Source of the DNA: Chiloscyllium plagiosum | Taxonomy: Eukaryota | NCBI RefSeq assembly: GCF_004010195.1 | Contig: NC_057719.1 | Span: forward strand, 65,927,049-65,991,048 | Direction: 5' to 3' | DNA: 64,000 nt | Shown here: piece by piece, positions 52,234 to 64,000 of the stretch | Layout: each line of letters starts with the position of its first letter | Numbering within the stretch: position 1 is the first letter of the stretch | Notes under the pieces: model-generated | Database searches by the model: none | What the model saw: the letters and a program-made list of their open reading frames with translations, nothing else | What the model was told of the DNA's origin: nothing | Program-made: the position numbers and the translations under genes

Positions 52234-53101
52234 AGGGTACATCCTGTCCCTTAGGATTCCCTCCAACAACTTGCCCACCACCGACATCAGGCTCACTGGT
52301 CTGTAGTTCCCTGGCTTGTCCTTACCACCAAGGACTGATTAGGGATAGTCAACATGGCTTTGCGCATGGGAAATCATGTCTCACAAACGTGATTGAGTTT
52401 TTTGAAGAAGTAACAAAGAGGATTGATGAGGGCAGAGCAGTAGATGTGATCTATATGGACTTCAGTAAGGTGTTCAACAAGGTTCCCCATGGGAGACTGG
52501 TTAGCAAGGTTAGATCTCACTGAATACTGGGAGAACTAGCCGTTTGGATACTGAACTGGCTCAAAGGTAGAAGACAGAGGGTGGTAGAGGGTTGTTTTTC
52601 AGACTAGAGGCCTGTGACCAGTGGAGTGCCACAAGGATCGGTGCTGGGTCCACTACTTTTCATCAATTACATAAATGATTTGGTTGTGAGCATAAGAGGT
52701 ACAGTTATTAAGTTTATAGATGACATCAAAATTGGAGGTGTAGTGGACAGCGAAAAAGGTTACCTCAGATTACAACGGGATCTTGACCAGATGGGCCAAT
52801 GGGCTTAGAAGTGGCAGATGGAGTTTAATTCAGATAAATGCGAGGTGCTGCATTTTGGGAAAGCAAATCTTCGCAGGACTTATACACTTAATGGTAAGAT
52901 CCTAGGGAGTGTTGCTGAACAAAGACACCTTGGAGTGCAGGTTCATAGCTCCTTGAAAGTGGAGTTGCAGGTAGATAGGATAGTGAAGAAGGCTTTTAGT
53001 ATGCTTTCCTTCATTGGTAAGAGTATTGAGTACAGGAATTGGGAGGTCATGTTGCGGCTGTACAGGACATTGGTTAGACCACGTTTGGAATATTGCGTGC
53101 A
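52234..53101 (+). mobile_element. CR1 RT fragment with an inverted 5' segment (52234-52329)
   Basis: QGLIRDSQHGF...GVPQGSVLGPLLF...FIDD...LVRPRLEYCV on +; adjoining upstream CR1 segment on -. Confidence 0.9.
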
Positions 53102-53869
53102 TCTGCCTCAGGCCTCAAAACTTAGTGTCCATCTCTTTGATATTTCAAAAATCTAACTTCCTCCTCTTTAAATACTTTCAGCAACAGAGAATCTACAATC
53201 CTTAAACAGAGAATTCTAGGCATTCACCACCTTCTGAGAGAAGTAATTCCTTTGCATGTCAGTTTTCCCTCAATCTGAAATCATGTCCTCTGGTTCAAAA
53301 TGCACCAATCATGGAAATATGTTTTCAACATCTGCTTCTCAAGCCACTCAGAATTCTGCAAGCTTCATTTTTTAAACTCTTATTAATGAAGTTGATTGGC
53401 TGTCCTATATAAGTGAACCCCTTCAGCTCTGAAATTACTTTAGTGAATATCTTTTCAACTGCCTCTAATATCAGAATGTTTCTTTTTTCTTAAATAGAGA
53501 CCAAAACTGAACACAGTTATCCAGATGCAACCTCACTAAAACCCTGTATAAGACTTCCTTCTTTTTGCCTTTTCAATTATTTGTTGCATCTGTATGATAA
53601 CCTTTTGTGTTCTATGGAAAAAGAACATCCAGATCCCTGTGCTATACCTTTTTTGGGAGTCCCTCTCCATTTAAATAATAGTCTGCCTTTTGATTCATCT
53701 TATCAAAATACATAACCTCACACGTTGCTACAGTAAACTCCATCTCTCATGTTTTTTTCCCATGGCGGGTGTGTTAGAAGTGAGAAAGACCAGGGAGTAG
53801 TGGTGGCAGGATCATGGGATTTCAGGGCTTGATTGGAGGAAGAGCTTCCTGTTTCTTGGAATTTACTGC

Positions 53870-55920
53870 ATATGGAAGATAAAGAATGTGGGAAAATAAA
53901 CAACAACGTCTTAAATGCACAAAAGTAGATATATCCCCGGGACCTGATCAGGTGTACTCTAGAATTCTGTGGGAAGCGATTGCTGGGTCCCTTGATGATA
54001 TATTTGTGTCCTCGATAGCCACAGGTGAGGTGCCAGAAGACTGGAGGTTGGCTAACATGGTGCCACCATTTATGAACAGTGATAAGGAAAAGCCAGGGAT
54101 CTATAGATCAGTGAGCCTGACATTGGTGATGGACAGGTTGATGGAAGATTCCTGAGGGACAGGATTTATGTGTATTTGGAAAGGCAAGGACCAATTAGGG
54201 ATAGTCACCATGGCTTTGTGCATGAGAAATTATGTCTCACTAATTTGAGATTTTTTGAGAAGTAACAAAGAGGATTGATGAGGGCAGAGCAATGGACATG
54301 ATCTATATGGACTTCAGTAAGCTGTTCAGCAAGGTAGACTGGTTAGCAAGGTTAGATCACATGGAATATAGGGAGAACTAGCCATTTGGCTACAGAACTG
54401 GCTCAGAGACTGGTGATGGAGGGTAGCCTTTCAGACTGCAGGCCTGTGACCAGTGGTGTGCCACAAAGATTGGTGATAGAGCCATTGCTTTTCATAATTT
54501 ATATAAATGATTCGGATGTGATCATAGGGAGATATGGTTAGTAAGTTTGCGGATGACAATAACATTGGAGGTGTAGTGGACAGCAATGAAGGTTACCTAA
54601 AGAGTAGAATGGGATCTTGATCAGATGGGCCAGTAGGCCGAAGAGTGGCAGATGGAGTTCATTTTAGATAAATGTGAGGTGCTGCATTTTGGAAAGGCAA
54701 ATCAGGGCAGGACTTACATATTTCATGACAGAGTCCTGTGGACCTGAACAGAGAGACCTTGGAGTGCAGGTTCGTAGTTACTTGAAAGTGGAGTCACAGG
54801 TGGATAGGATAGTGAAGACGACATTTGGTATGTTTTCCTTTATTAGTCAGTGCATTGAGTATAGCAGTTGGGAGGTCATGTTGCAGCTGTACAGGACATT
54901 GGTTAGGCCACTTTGGAATGTTGTGTGTAATTCTGGTTTCCCTCCTGTAGGAAGGATGTTGTGAAACTTGAAAGGGTTCAGAAAAGATTTACAAGGATAT
55001 TGCCAGGGTTGGAGGATTTGAGCTACAAGGAGAGTTTGAATAGGCTAGGGCTGTTTTCCCTGGAGTGTCAGAGGCTGAGGGGTGACCTTAGAGGTTTACA
55101 AAATCTTGAGGGACATGGATAGGATAAATAGACAAAGTCTTTTCCCTGGGTGGGGGAGTCCAGAAATAGACGGCATAGGTTTAGGATGAGGGGGGGGAAA
55201 GATATAAAAGAGACCTAAGGGGCATCTTTTTCATGCAGAGGGTGGTACGTATATGGAATGAGCTGCCAGAGGAAGTAGTGGAGGCTGGTACAATTGCAAC
55301 ATTTAAAAGGCATTTGGATGGCTGTATGAATAGGAAGGGCTTGGAGGGATATGGGCTGGGTGCTGGCAGATGGGACTAGATTGGTTGGGATAGCTGGTCA
55401 GCATGGATGGGCTGGACCAAAGGCTCTGTTTCTGTGCTGTACATCTCTATGACTCTTATTCACCAGGATGTTGTCAGGGTTGCAGGACTTGAGCTATAGG
55501 GAGAGGCTGAATAGGCTGGGGCTATTGTCCCCGGAGTTTTGGAGGCTGAGGGTTGAGCTCATAGAGGTTTACAAAATCATGAGAGGCATGGATAGCGTGA
55601 ATAGCCAAGGTCTTTTCCCAGGGATCAGAGAGTCCAAAACTAGAGATCATAAGTTGAAGAAGAAGAGGGGAAAAATTTAAAAGGAACCCGAGGAATAACA
55701 TATTCACGCAGAAGATGGTGAGTGTATGGAATGAGCTGCCAGAGGAGTTGGTGGAGGCTGGTACAATTACAACATTTAAAAGGCATCTGGATAGGTATAT
55801 AAATAGGAAGGTTACAGTGGACATGGGCAAAATACTGGCAAATGGATCTAGATTTATTTAGGTTGGCATGGACGAGTTGGATCGAAGGATCTGTTTCCGT
55901 GTATACAGCTCTATGACTAT
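53870..55920 (+). mobile_element. CR1 LINE (RT to tail, ~53870-55455) followed directly by a second CR1 3' piece (~55458-55920)
   Basis: SPGPDQVYSRIL, GEVPEDWRLAN, KFADD, two successive 3' tails. Confidence 0.9.
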
Positions 55921-56699
55921 GTCAGGAAATGGGCAAATGGCCCACCAATTACACATACCTCAGAACAGCTCCTGCAAGAATCTCAGACTGACATATGGAT
56001 GAATATGCGTCAAAGAGAGAGTGCCTTCATTGGCATTTGCATGAGGGGCCTTCTGTCAATACGTAAATTCAGCAATTCTATGAAAATTTCCGTTTAATGA
56101 GGTAACAGTTTTTATAAGAACTAGGAGCTGGGATAGACCAATCATCCCTTCATGCTTGCACCAGGAATATTAGTGCCAAGCTGAATTTAATACAAAGCTC
56201 TCCCAAACACTGACTTAATTGCACTTTCTATTACCTCTCAGTTTGGTTACTGTTGTTGTACTGGCAAGTTTAATACGTGAAGTCTAAGTACAGATTGACA
56301 CTGACATAACTTTCCCATTGTCACCTTTACATAGAATTGGACACCAATTCTAAGTTCAATAAGACAGGGAGATAGATCTGGCATATTTCGTAGTTTTGAG
56401 AGGGGTCAGTGACCACTTTTCAATGAATTAGGGGAATCCTGGCAGTAACTGAGTGTTACTGATGTTACATCAATTACTGATGGAGTCAAGTTTTTCTGTC
56501 AACTGGTTCCTGACCTTTCATTTCCCCTCATTCTTGCCCTCAATTTCTCATCTTCACCTGCTGACTGATGGCCCTCTAGAAACATCTCCTATAACATTGG
56601 CTGGTGTCGAACAGTGAGCAAGAACACTGAACTGCAGGGGATCTAACAGTTTCTCCCAAATCCAGGACCTAGAAGGACAGGAACAGAAAGTATCTGGAA

Positions 56700-59075
56700 C
56701 AACTAAGTGATAGAGGAAGAAGGAAGGTTACCTAAGGCTGAGAAGGCAAAAATCAGACAAGGCTCTAGAGGGTTACAAGGTGGCCAAGAAGGAACTGAAG
56801 AACACACTTAGAAGAGCTAGAAAGGGGCATTAAAAAGCTTTAGTAGGGTAGGATTAAGGAAAATTCTAAGGCACTGTACACTTACGTGAGGAACAAGAGG
56901 ATGGCCAGACTGAGGGTAGGGCCAATCAGGGATAGTGAAGGAACCTTGTGACTGGAGTCGGAGGATGTAGGGGAGGTCCTTAATGAATACTTTGCTACAG
57001 TATTCACTAGTGAGAGGGACCTTGTCGTTTGTGAGGACAGCGTGAAACTGGCTGATATGTGCTCAAACAGGTTGATGTTAAGAAGCAGGATGTGCTGAAA
57101 ATTTTGAAAAACATAAGAATAGATAAGTCCTCTGGGCCAGATGAGACATACTCAAGATTACTACAGGAAGTGAGGGAAGATTTGTGCCAGATGACTGGAG
57201 GGTGGGAAATGTTATTCTCCTGTTCAGGAAAGGAAATAGGGATAACCCTGGGAATTACAGACAAGTCAGTCTTCTGTTTGTGGTGGACAAATTATTAGAG
57301 AGGATTCTGAGAGGCAGGATTTATGATTACTTGGAAAACCATAGTTTGATTAGAGATAGACAGGTGAGGTCATGCCTCACAAGCCTTATTGAATTCTTTA
57401 AGAATGTGACAAAACACATTGATGAAGGTAGAGCAGTAGATGTGGTGTACATGGATTTAAACAAGACATATGATAAGGTTTCCCATGGTAGGCTCATTCA
57501 GAAAGTAAGGAAGCATGGGATACAGGGAAATTTGATTTTATGGATACAGAATTGGATAGCCCATGGAAGACATAGGGTGGGAGGAGATGGAAAGTATTTA
57601 GCCTGGAGCTCAGTGATCAGTGGTGTTCTGCAGGGATCTGTTCTGGGACCTCTGTTCTTTGTGATTCTTATAAATGACTTGGATGAGGAAGTGGAAGGGA
57701 GCTAGGACGTTTCTCAATGGAGCGAAGAGGATAAGAGGTGACTTAATAGAGATGTACAAGGTGTTGAGGGGCACAGATGGAGTCCTTACCATTAAGTATA
57801 AGTCCTGCAAAGATTTGCTTTCCCAAAATGCACAGAATCATAGAGATGTACAGCACGGAAATAGACTCTTCTGTCCAACTCGTCCAAGTTGACCAAATAT
57901 CCCAACCTAATCTAGTCCCAGCTACCAGCACTTGGCCCATATCCCTCAAAACTCTTCCTATTCATATACCCATCCAGATGCCTTTTAAATGTTGCAATTG
58001 TACTAGCCTCCATCACTTCCTCTGGCAGCTCATTTCCATACACGTACCACCCCCTGCGTGAAAATGCTGCCCCTTAGGTCTCTTTTATATTTTTCCACTC
58101 TCACCCTAAACCTATGCGCCCTAGTTCTGGACTCCCCCACCCCAGGGAAAAGACTTTGTCTATTTATCCTATCCATGCCCCTCATGATCTTATAAACCTC
58201 TACAAGGTCACCCCTCAGCCTCCGACGCTCCAGGGAAAACAGCTCTAGCCTATTCAATCTCTCCCTATAGCTCAAATCCTCCAACCCTGACAACTTTGTA
58301 AATCTTTTCTGAACCCTTTCAGGTTTGACAACATCTTTCCAATAGGAAGGAGACCAGAACTGCACAAAATATTCCAAAAGTGGCCTAACCAATGTCCTGT
58401 ACAGCCGCAACATGACTTTTCAACTCCTGTACTCAATACTCTGACCAATAAAGGAAACATACCAAACACCTTCTTCACTATCCTATCTACCTGCGACTCC
58501 ACATTCAAGGAGCTATGACCCTGCACTCCAAGATCTCTTTGTTCAGCAACACTTCCGAGGTCCTTACCATTAAGTATAAGTCCTGCAAAGATTTGCTTTC
58601 CCAAAATGCAGCACGTCACATTTATCTAAATTAAATTCTATCTGCCACTTCTCAACTCATTAGCCCACCTGATCAAGATCCCGTTGTAATCTGAGGTAAC
58701 CTTCTTTGCTGTCCACTACTCCTCCAATTTTGGTGTCATCTGCAAACTTACTAACTATACCTCTTATGGTCACATCCAAATAGTCAGAGACTTTTCCCCA
58801 GGGCAGAAATGACTATTACAAGGGGGAATAATTTTAAGGTTATTGGAGGAAGGTTTAGGGGAGATGTCGGTCGTAGGTTCTTTACACAGAGAGTGGTGGG
58901 TGCGTGGAATGCACTGCCAGAGGTGGCAGTAGAGTCAGACACATTAGGGACATGAAAGTGACTCTTGGATAAGGCACATGGATAATAGTAAAATGAAGGG
59001 TATGTAGGTTAGTTTGACTTAGGAGTCAGATAAAAGGTCATCACAACATCAAGGGCTGTACTGTTCTATGTTCTT
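56700..59075 (+). mobile_element. CR1 LINE (+) with a nested antisense CR1 at ~57833-58780
   Basis: ORF 57184..57705 RT motifs; host sequence resumes at ~58781 (agtcagagacttttcccc); nested copy ORFs 58030..58413 and 58272..58619. Confidence 0.88.
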
Positions 59076-59836
59076 AACTACCATCTACAAATCGTCATTC
59101 TCCTGATTCACAGTCCTTTTATTGTCAGTAGATCAAAATCCTGGAATTCCCAACTTAATAATACATTGCCTATCGCAGCTAAAGGAGGAGCTCTTGGAGG
59201 CAGCTGTAAATCAGGCAATAATTGCCATCCAAGTCAGTGATTCCAAATGCTGAGATGGAAAGGAATGCAATAATATTTGTAAATATGACACGACCCGAAC
59301 CCCCAAGAATGTATCCATGGTGAGCATCCCCATTCATTAAAAGCAAGCTACAATAGGCACTGCAAATCTGAAACAGAACCATGGAATGCTGGAATTACAC
59401 AGTAAGTCTGACAGCATCTGTACAATGTGAAACAGTCAATATTTCAGAACAATGACCTTTCATCATAATTCCTGGCACTCCTATCTCAGAATGACATATT
59501 GAGAGGAAGTTGATTTCGGGAAATGCTAAAATCTTTATAGAAAGAAATGTTAGATCCTTACCTAAATTGAATAAAAGTTCCCAGTTTCCAATATTCTACA
59601 TTGAATCATCAGAATCAACATGTGTTCTTAGTAAAATAAATGTCTTCTCAAGCAATGAGTCACAGGATCTCAAAATAATTCATTTTTAACCCTACATTTT
59701 ATAATAATCTCATTCCTTAGTTATGTTTATAGTCATGAAAGGAAGACAAAAGCCAACCTTAACCTGGTTTTAATTTACAATGATTTTTAAATACATCTCA
59801 TAATACACAGTTCAGACTTGCAAAATTAATACTCAC

Positions 59837-59937
59837 AAGTAGTTTGCAAGGTTGTGCTCTTGTAAAGTATGTACCTCAAAACCATGTGGTATAGTGTCAA
59901 AGTAATCATTGCCGATTCCACAAATAAAGCATTTGGT
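59837..59937 (-). CDS. RYR3: RYR3 exon ([33 protein letters not shown]), C2H2 zinc site of the C-terminal domain
   Basis: tttcAG acceptor, GTgagt donor, 101 nt phase 0-2; CFIC...H...H motif. Confidence 0.95.
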
Positions 59938-60346
59938 CTGAAAGTCAAGAAAAAAAAACAAGCCATTTGAATCATTACCTCAACCTCTTTCCAATACAAA
60001 TAGCACTTAGCATTTCTTAAACTTCTGAGGGAACTGTCGTCATTTGGTGGGTATCTAACATGTCAGTAAATACCAACAGTCTTTGTATCAGTACAACACA
60101 AGATCATGAGGAATAGCAAGTAAATTTGCCAATGTTCAGCAAACTGCTCCCTTCAGCACAGGAGACAGAACAAAAAATTGGAGCAGAGGGTGGGTGGACA
60201 GTCAGAAGCCGGTCACTAATGTGGAATCCTACTCTGAATAACATTGACATTTGAATCTTTGGATTTAAGATACAGAGAATGGAAGTCAATATCAATTCAA
60301 TGAAATGGGTACGAACATAAAATATGATCAATAAGAAAAAACAGAC

Positions 60347-60411
60347 CTCCATGTCTTCTCGCACTTGCTCCTGTTGGTCTCTCAGCTCACCAAAAGCATC
60401 AATGATCAAAC
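60347..60411 (-). CDS. RYR3: RYR3 exon ((G)LIIDAFGELRDQQEQVREDME)
   Basis: ggttAG acceptor, GTctgt donor, 65 nt phase 1-0; cytoplasmic S6 extension of RyR. Confidence 0.95.
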
Positions 60412-61622
60412 CTAACCAGAGCCGAAACAGGTAGTGTAAGCAATATTTCAACAGTTTGCATTTTCCACTATATTGCCACTAATTGTCACACACATTCTTA
60501 TATGGGTTGGTACATTAATAATATGTTATGATAAAAAATATTTTTAAACCTTCTTGATGCAATTATGTAATTAATTTTTGAACCATAGCCCTATATCCTT
60601 CTAGCTCTTTTAAACAATTTATTTACTTTTCATTATCAAATGCACATGTCAATGAATTATCCAATTCTAGGACAAATGTCAGGAAAGATGTAGCAAGCAT
60701 TTTAGTTAATATACTCCCTAAATCATGATCACATAAGTAGGATCACTAATTCATTTGGATGTTCACTTACCTATGTACTTGTATCATTTTAACATTTTAC
60801 AAATTTATTTACATGAATATGGATTTTTGCAGATGCCATCAGACTGGATTCCTTTAGATTCTATATTGTGTATAGTCAATACTAACAAAATTACAACATA
60901 TTAGTACTGCAGACAACCTACTCAAAGTATCTATGCTAGTGTTTATGCTCCACCCAACTCTCCTGCCACCCTTCTGCATTGAGCCCCAGGGACATATGCT
61001 TGTATTTCTTTCTCCTTCATGTGCTTCCCTAATTTCTCTGTAGATACACCTCTTGATTCACCACAACCTCTTCATATTCTAACCAGGCACTTTTCTGAAT
61101 TCCCTATTGAATTTATTTGTGATTATCTTACGTGGAAGGTAGTTCTGGAAATGGAAATACTTTCTTCATGTCAACCCTATCAATCCTATCCATGATGTTA
61201 AAAAAAATTTGTATCAGGTCACCCCCAAGGTCTCTCTTTTCTGAAAAGAACCCAGCTTTTGAATCTTTCCTAATTGGTACAGGATCTCAGTTAGTATTGT
61301 TCTAGCAATTTTCTTTATTTCATCCTTTGCATCACTATACACGTGTAGAGTGGTGCTCCTCAAGCTATATAATACCATTTTCTTTTTCTATGGTCCTTTC
61401 GCTGATTATGTGTGCTCTTTTCATTATATGGAAATATAAACTATACAATGTTGTAAGTGTAGACTAACTAAGAGAATATCTGAAGGGGACCGGAACATAA
61501 AATTTGCATTTGACACCTTTCAGTACTTGGCAGAAATTCAAAACTGAAGAGTGAATAGCCCTAAAGTTCTTGTATAAAATAATGTATTAAAAATAAGATG
61601 TCTTTATGGTAAGAAAACATAC

Positions 61623-61779
61623 CCTGAATAATGGCCAGTAGGATGACAATGACGAAGAAGAAGAATGTGATGTCAAAGATAATTCGATACATTTCAGAAG
61701 GATCTCCAGCAGGATCTTCAATTTCATCCCCAATGCCACCTCCCGCTCTAACACCCACATACATGTGAAACAAGTAGCA
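61623..61779 (-). CDS. RYR3: Ryanodine receptor 3 exon: pore helix, selectivity filter and S6 ([53 protein letters not shown])
   Basis: ttttcAG...GTatgt boundaries, 157 nt; [10 protein letters not shown] filter motif; DP-x-EMYR signature and adjacency to AVEN favour RYR3 over RYR1/2. Confidence 0.95.
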
Positions 61780-61930
61780 CTGAAAATCAAAGACAACAAT
61801 ATGTTACATATTGTCTGAGATTGAAATGTGTTACTAAGGCAGGAAGCATTGAATTATGACTGCAAGGTAGAAAATGAATCATTCACCATTCAATCAGTAT
61901 GCAGCAACAAGGTCCTTTAAAGGTTTTTGT

Positions 61931-62250
61931 GGGAGTGGAGTGCATCATTTCTCCCTCCAATTCTATTTTGATTTAGTCCCTACCCTCCCCTTCACTGTTT
62001 TGATCACACAGCACTGTCCCTTGATGTGAAGGGCAGTGTTTGTCACTGGCCACCCGGGTGTTTTCCTATCTTCCTGGTGGTGGAAATTGAATAAAGATTC
62101 GTGCACTTTGTGTCTTTCACTGTGTCTCACACCTGCGTACACACACCATGGGTCCTGGGGATAAAATAAGCACTACTGCACTTAGGTGGTAGTGTGGGGG
62201 TTAAATTTAAAAGAAAAAAAAAGTGAAAAGAAAAAAAAAGGAAAAAAAAA
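61931..62250 (+). mobile_element. 5'-truncated poly(A)-tailed retroposon 3' UTR (L1/Tx1-type insertion)
   Basis: 14-bp TSD TTAAAGGTTTTTGT (61917-61930, 62251-62264), A-rich tail 62209-62250. Confidence 0.8.
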
Positions 62251-62299
62251 TTAAAGGTTTTTGTTAACCAATTAGTTGATGCTGGATGGCATTCTAAGT

Positions 62300-64000
62300 T
62301 CTCTTTACTGTTTCTGGTTTGGGGATATAGGATCACACCCTGATTGTTATCCATTGGTCATCTGATGTATAAGTATAGGATCAGGTTGCCTGTGATGCCC
62401 CAAATAATTAATGGCATACCGACATTTAATGCTTGGGGGTGTTACATACTCCTTCAGGTGTGTTTTCAGCACTGCGGCATTTAAATAGAATATCCAGAAC
62501 ACCACCTTCCCACCTATCCCAAAGGTTCAACCGTAACAGAAGGTTGAAACATTGGAAATTTATCCATGTATGAGCAATTAATGACTCTCAAGCTTGGTAT
62601 AAGCTCAGTCAATATCAATAATACTCTGGTATGACATAATATGGTTGGCAGCCTGTTAAAAGTTTTTTTTTAAAATAGGAAGGAGGGAATAATATCTTCA
62701 AAGATATTATCCAGTGCACATCAGGGATATCCCACCACCCCCAGAAGATCGTTCAGTAAACTTCAGAGTATTCAGTAATCAGGGTGGAGGGTTACATGAA
62801 TGGGCTGGTTGTGGTCAGGACCAATGATAACGACGATCAATGAGATTTTATCAAAAAGAGAGAGACAGAAATATGACAAAACAATCAGTTCCCAGATTGA
62901 GGAAATCTACACCCATCGATTGCATGATAATTTCAGATAACCAGGGGCTTTAACCTGGGTGGAGCCATTTGGTTCTATGGCAGGGAAGGAAATCCTGAAT
63001 CGAGGGATTCAACTATGGAGTTTCGGGAAGGTTTTAGGGGCAACAACATACTCAAGAACTTTGGAGATGGGTCAGCAGTTTTGTAAGGAGTCATGTGTTG
63101 ATTTTCTTTCAGGAGAGGAGTGATGCCAGCAGACTTGAAGAGTGGAGTCCAGCAACCCGAGGGAGGGGAACCATTAACACTGTAAGTTAACATGGGGACT
63201 AAGAAGGGGCAGGCTGGTGGGTCACCAGGTTAATGGGAGTAAGATTGAGAGAACTGGATGTGGGTTTCTCAGAAAGGTTAAGCATGAAGAGAACTTGAGG
63301 GGCAATCAGTGGTTCACAAGATAAAGATATGAAGGATACAAGACAGAGGAGAAGAGTTCAAGAGGAGGGCATGCAATAAGAAAAAGAAGCTGAAGGTCCT
63401 GTTTGCATGTCAAGCCAAATCTGGAAATGGGGAACAGTCTTAGAAGACAAATTCGGGGCCTAGACATAATTTCTGTGATCTGGCAATCGATGCGAAATTA
63501 CTTGGTTGCCAAGTCATTTTATGTTGAACCTAAGTGATCCAGGGAAAAAGAGTTGTACATGGGGAATGACCAAGACGAGAGTATGGTTTTAATGGCGACT
63601 TGAAAATGGAGTTCAGGGTGCACTTAAGCACTTGCATAAAAGTCAAGCAAAATGGAGAGTCAAAAGGGTGACCTGAACAAGGGGGAGACTGGCAACAAGG
63701 AAGTCAGGTTGCTTCTCATAAACAAGCAGCAATGAGTTACCTTGATCAGCCTTTCAGAGAATGCAAAACAAGTAAGCTTATTTCAGAGTCTGCAACAGCA
63801 GCGGGAGTGTAGGAAGGTTGCGGACTGCTGAAAAGTTGGGGTAAAATTTTGGTACCTAGGAGGGAGACAACTTAAAGGAGACATGACAACAGGAAAAGGG
63901 TGTTCGACCTGAGGGAGTATTGTGGAAGAAAAGGAAAAAGAAAATGGAAACGGAACGTTTATATTCAGAACGGCAGTTAAAATGTGCACATGACTGCAGA
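62300..64000 (-). mobile_element. Old L2-clade LINE RT remnant
   Basis: FKSAGITPLLKE...ESLDSGF resembles L2 FKxAxITPLLKK...xQSGF; heavily decayed. Confidence 0.6.

Noticed and set aside
60104..60451. 115-aa ORF (and ORF 61561..61773) as whole genes
   Set aside because: Only the splice-bounded portions are RYR3 exons; the rest is intron read-through
62172..62200. Resemblance of actgcacttaggtggtagtgtggggg to the U1 snRNA Sm-site region
   Set aside because: Short match, Sm site absent, no other U1 sequence; better explained as the retroposon's own hairpin

Overview
Vertebrate nuclear DNA. The repeat content (HE1/V-SINE-type tRNA SINEs, abundant CR1/HER1-type LINEs, Deu-type SINEs) points to a cartilaginous fish, probably a shark (inference). 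Two genes meet tail-to-tail. On the + strand are the last four coding exons of AVEN (33106-46577, ending EEELEDWLDSMIS*). On the - strand are the last five coding exons of ryanodine receptor RYR3 (61779-47734; pore loop GGGIGD, S6, C-terminal domain). All nine exons have AG acceptors, the seven internal ones have GT donors, and phases are compatible; the two stop codons are about 1.15 kb apart. The remainder is intron filled with mobile DNA: a decayed ~6 kb L1, a Tigger/pogo fossil split by a solo LTR, an ERV-like LTR, many CR1/L2 pieces and SINEs, and a young Penelope-like fragment with an open GIY-YIG frame. The most notable signal is a dense set (about a dozen copies, 2-3 sequence families) of very short Penelope-derived insertions carrying minimal hammerhead ribozyme cores (CUGANGA-stem II-GAAA-palindromic stem III-NUH). 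Several are fold-back palindromes with 12-15 bp target-site duplications, and one captured nearby genomic DNA between two intact, oppositely oriented ribozyme cores. Exon and TSD coordinates were counted by hand; boundaries of decayed repeats are approximate.
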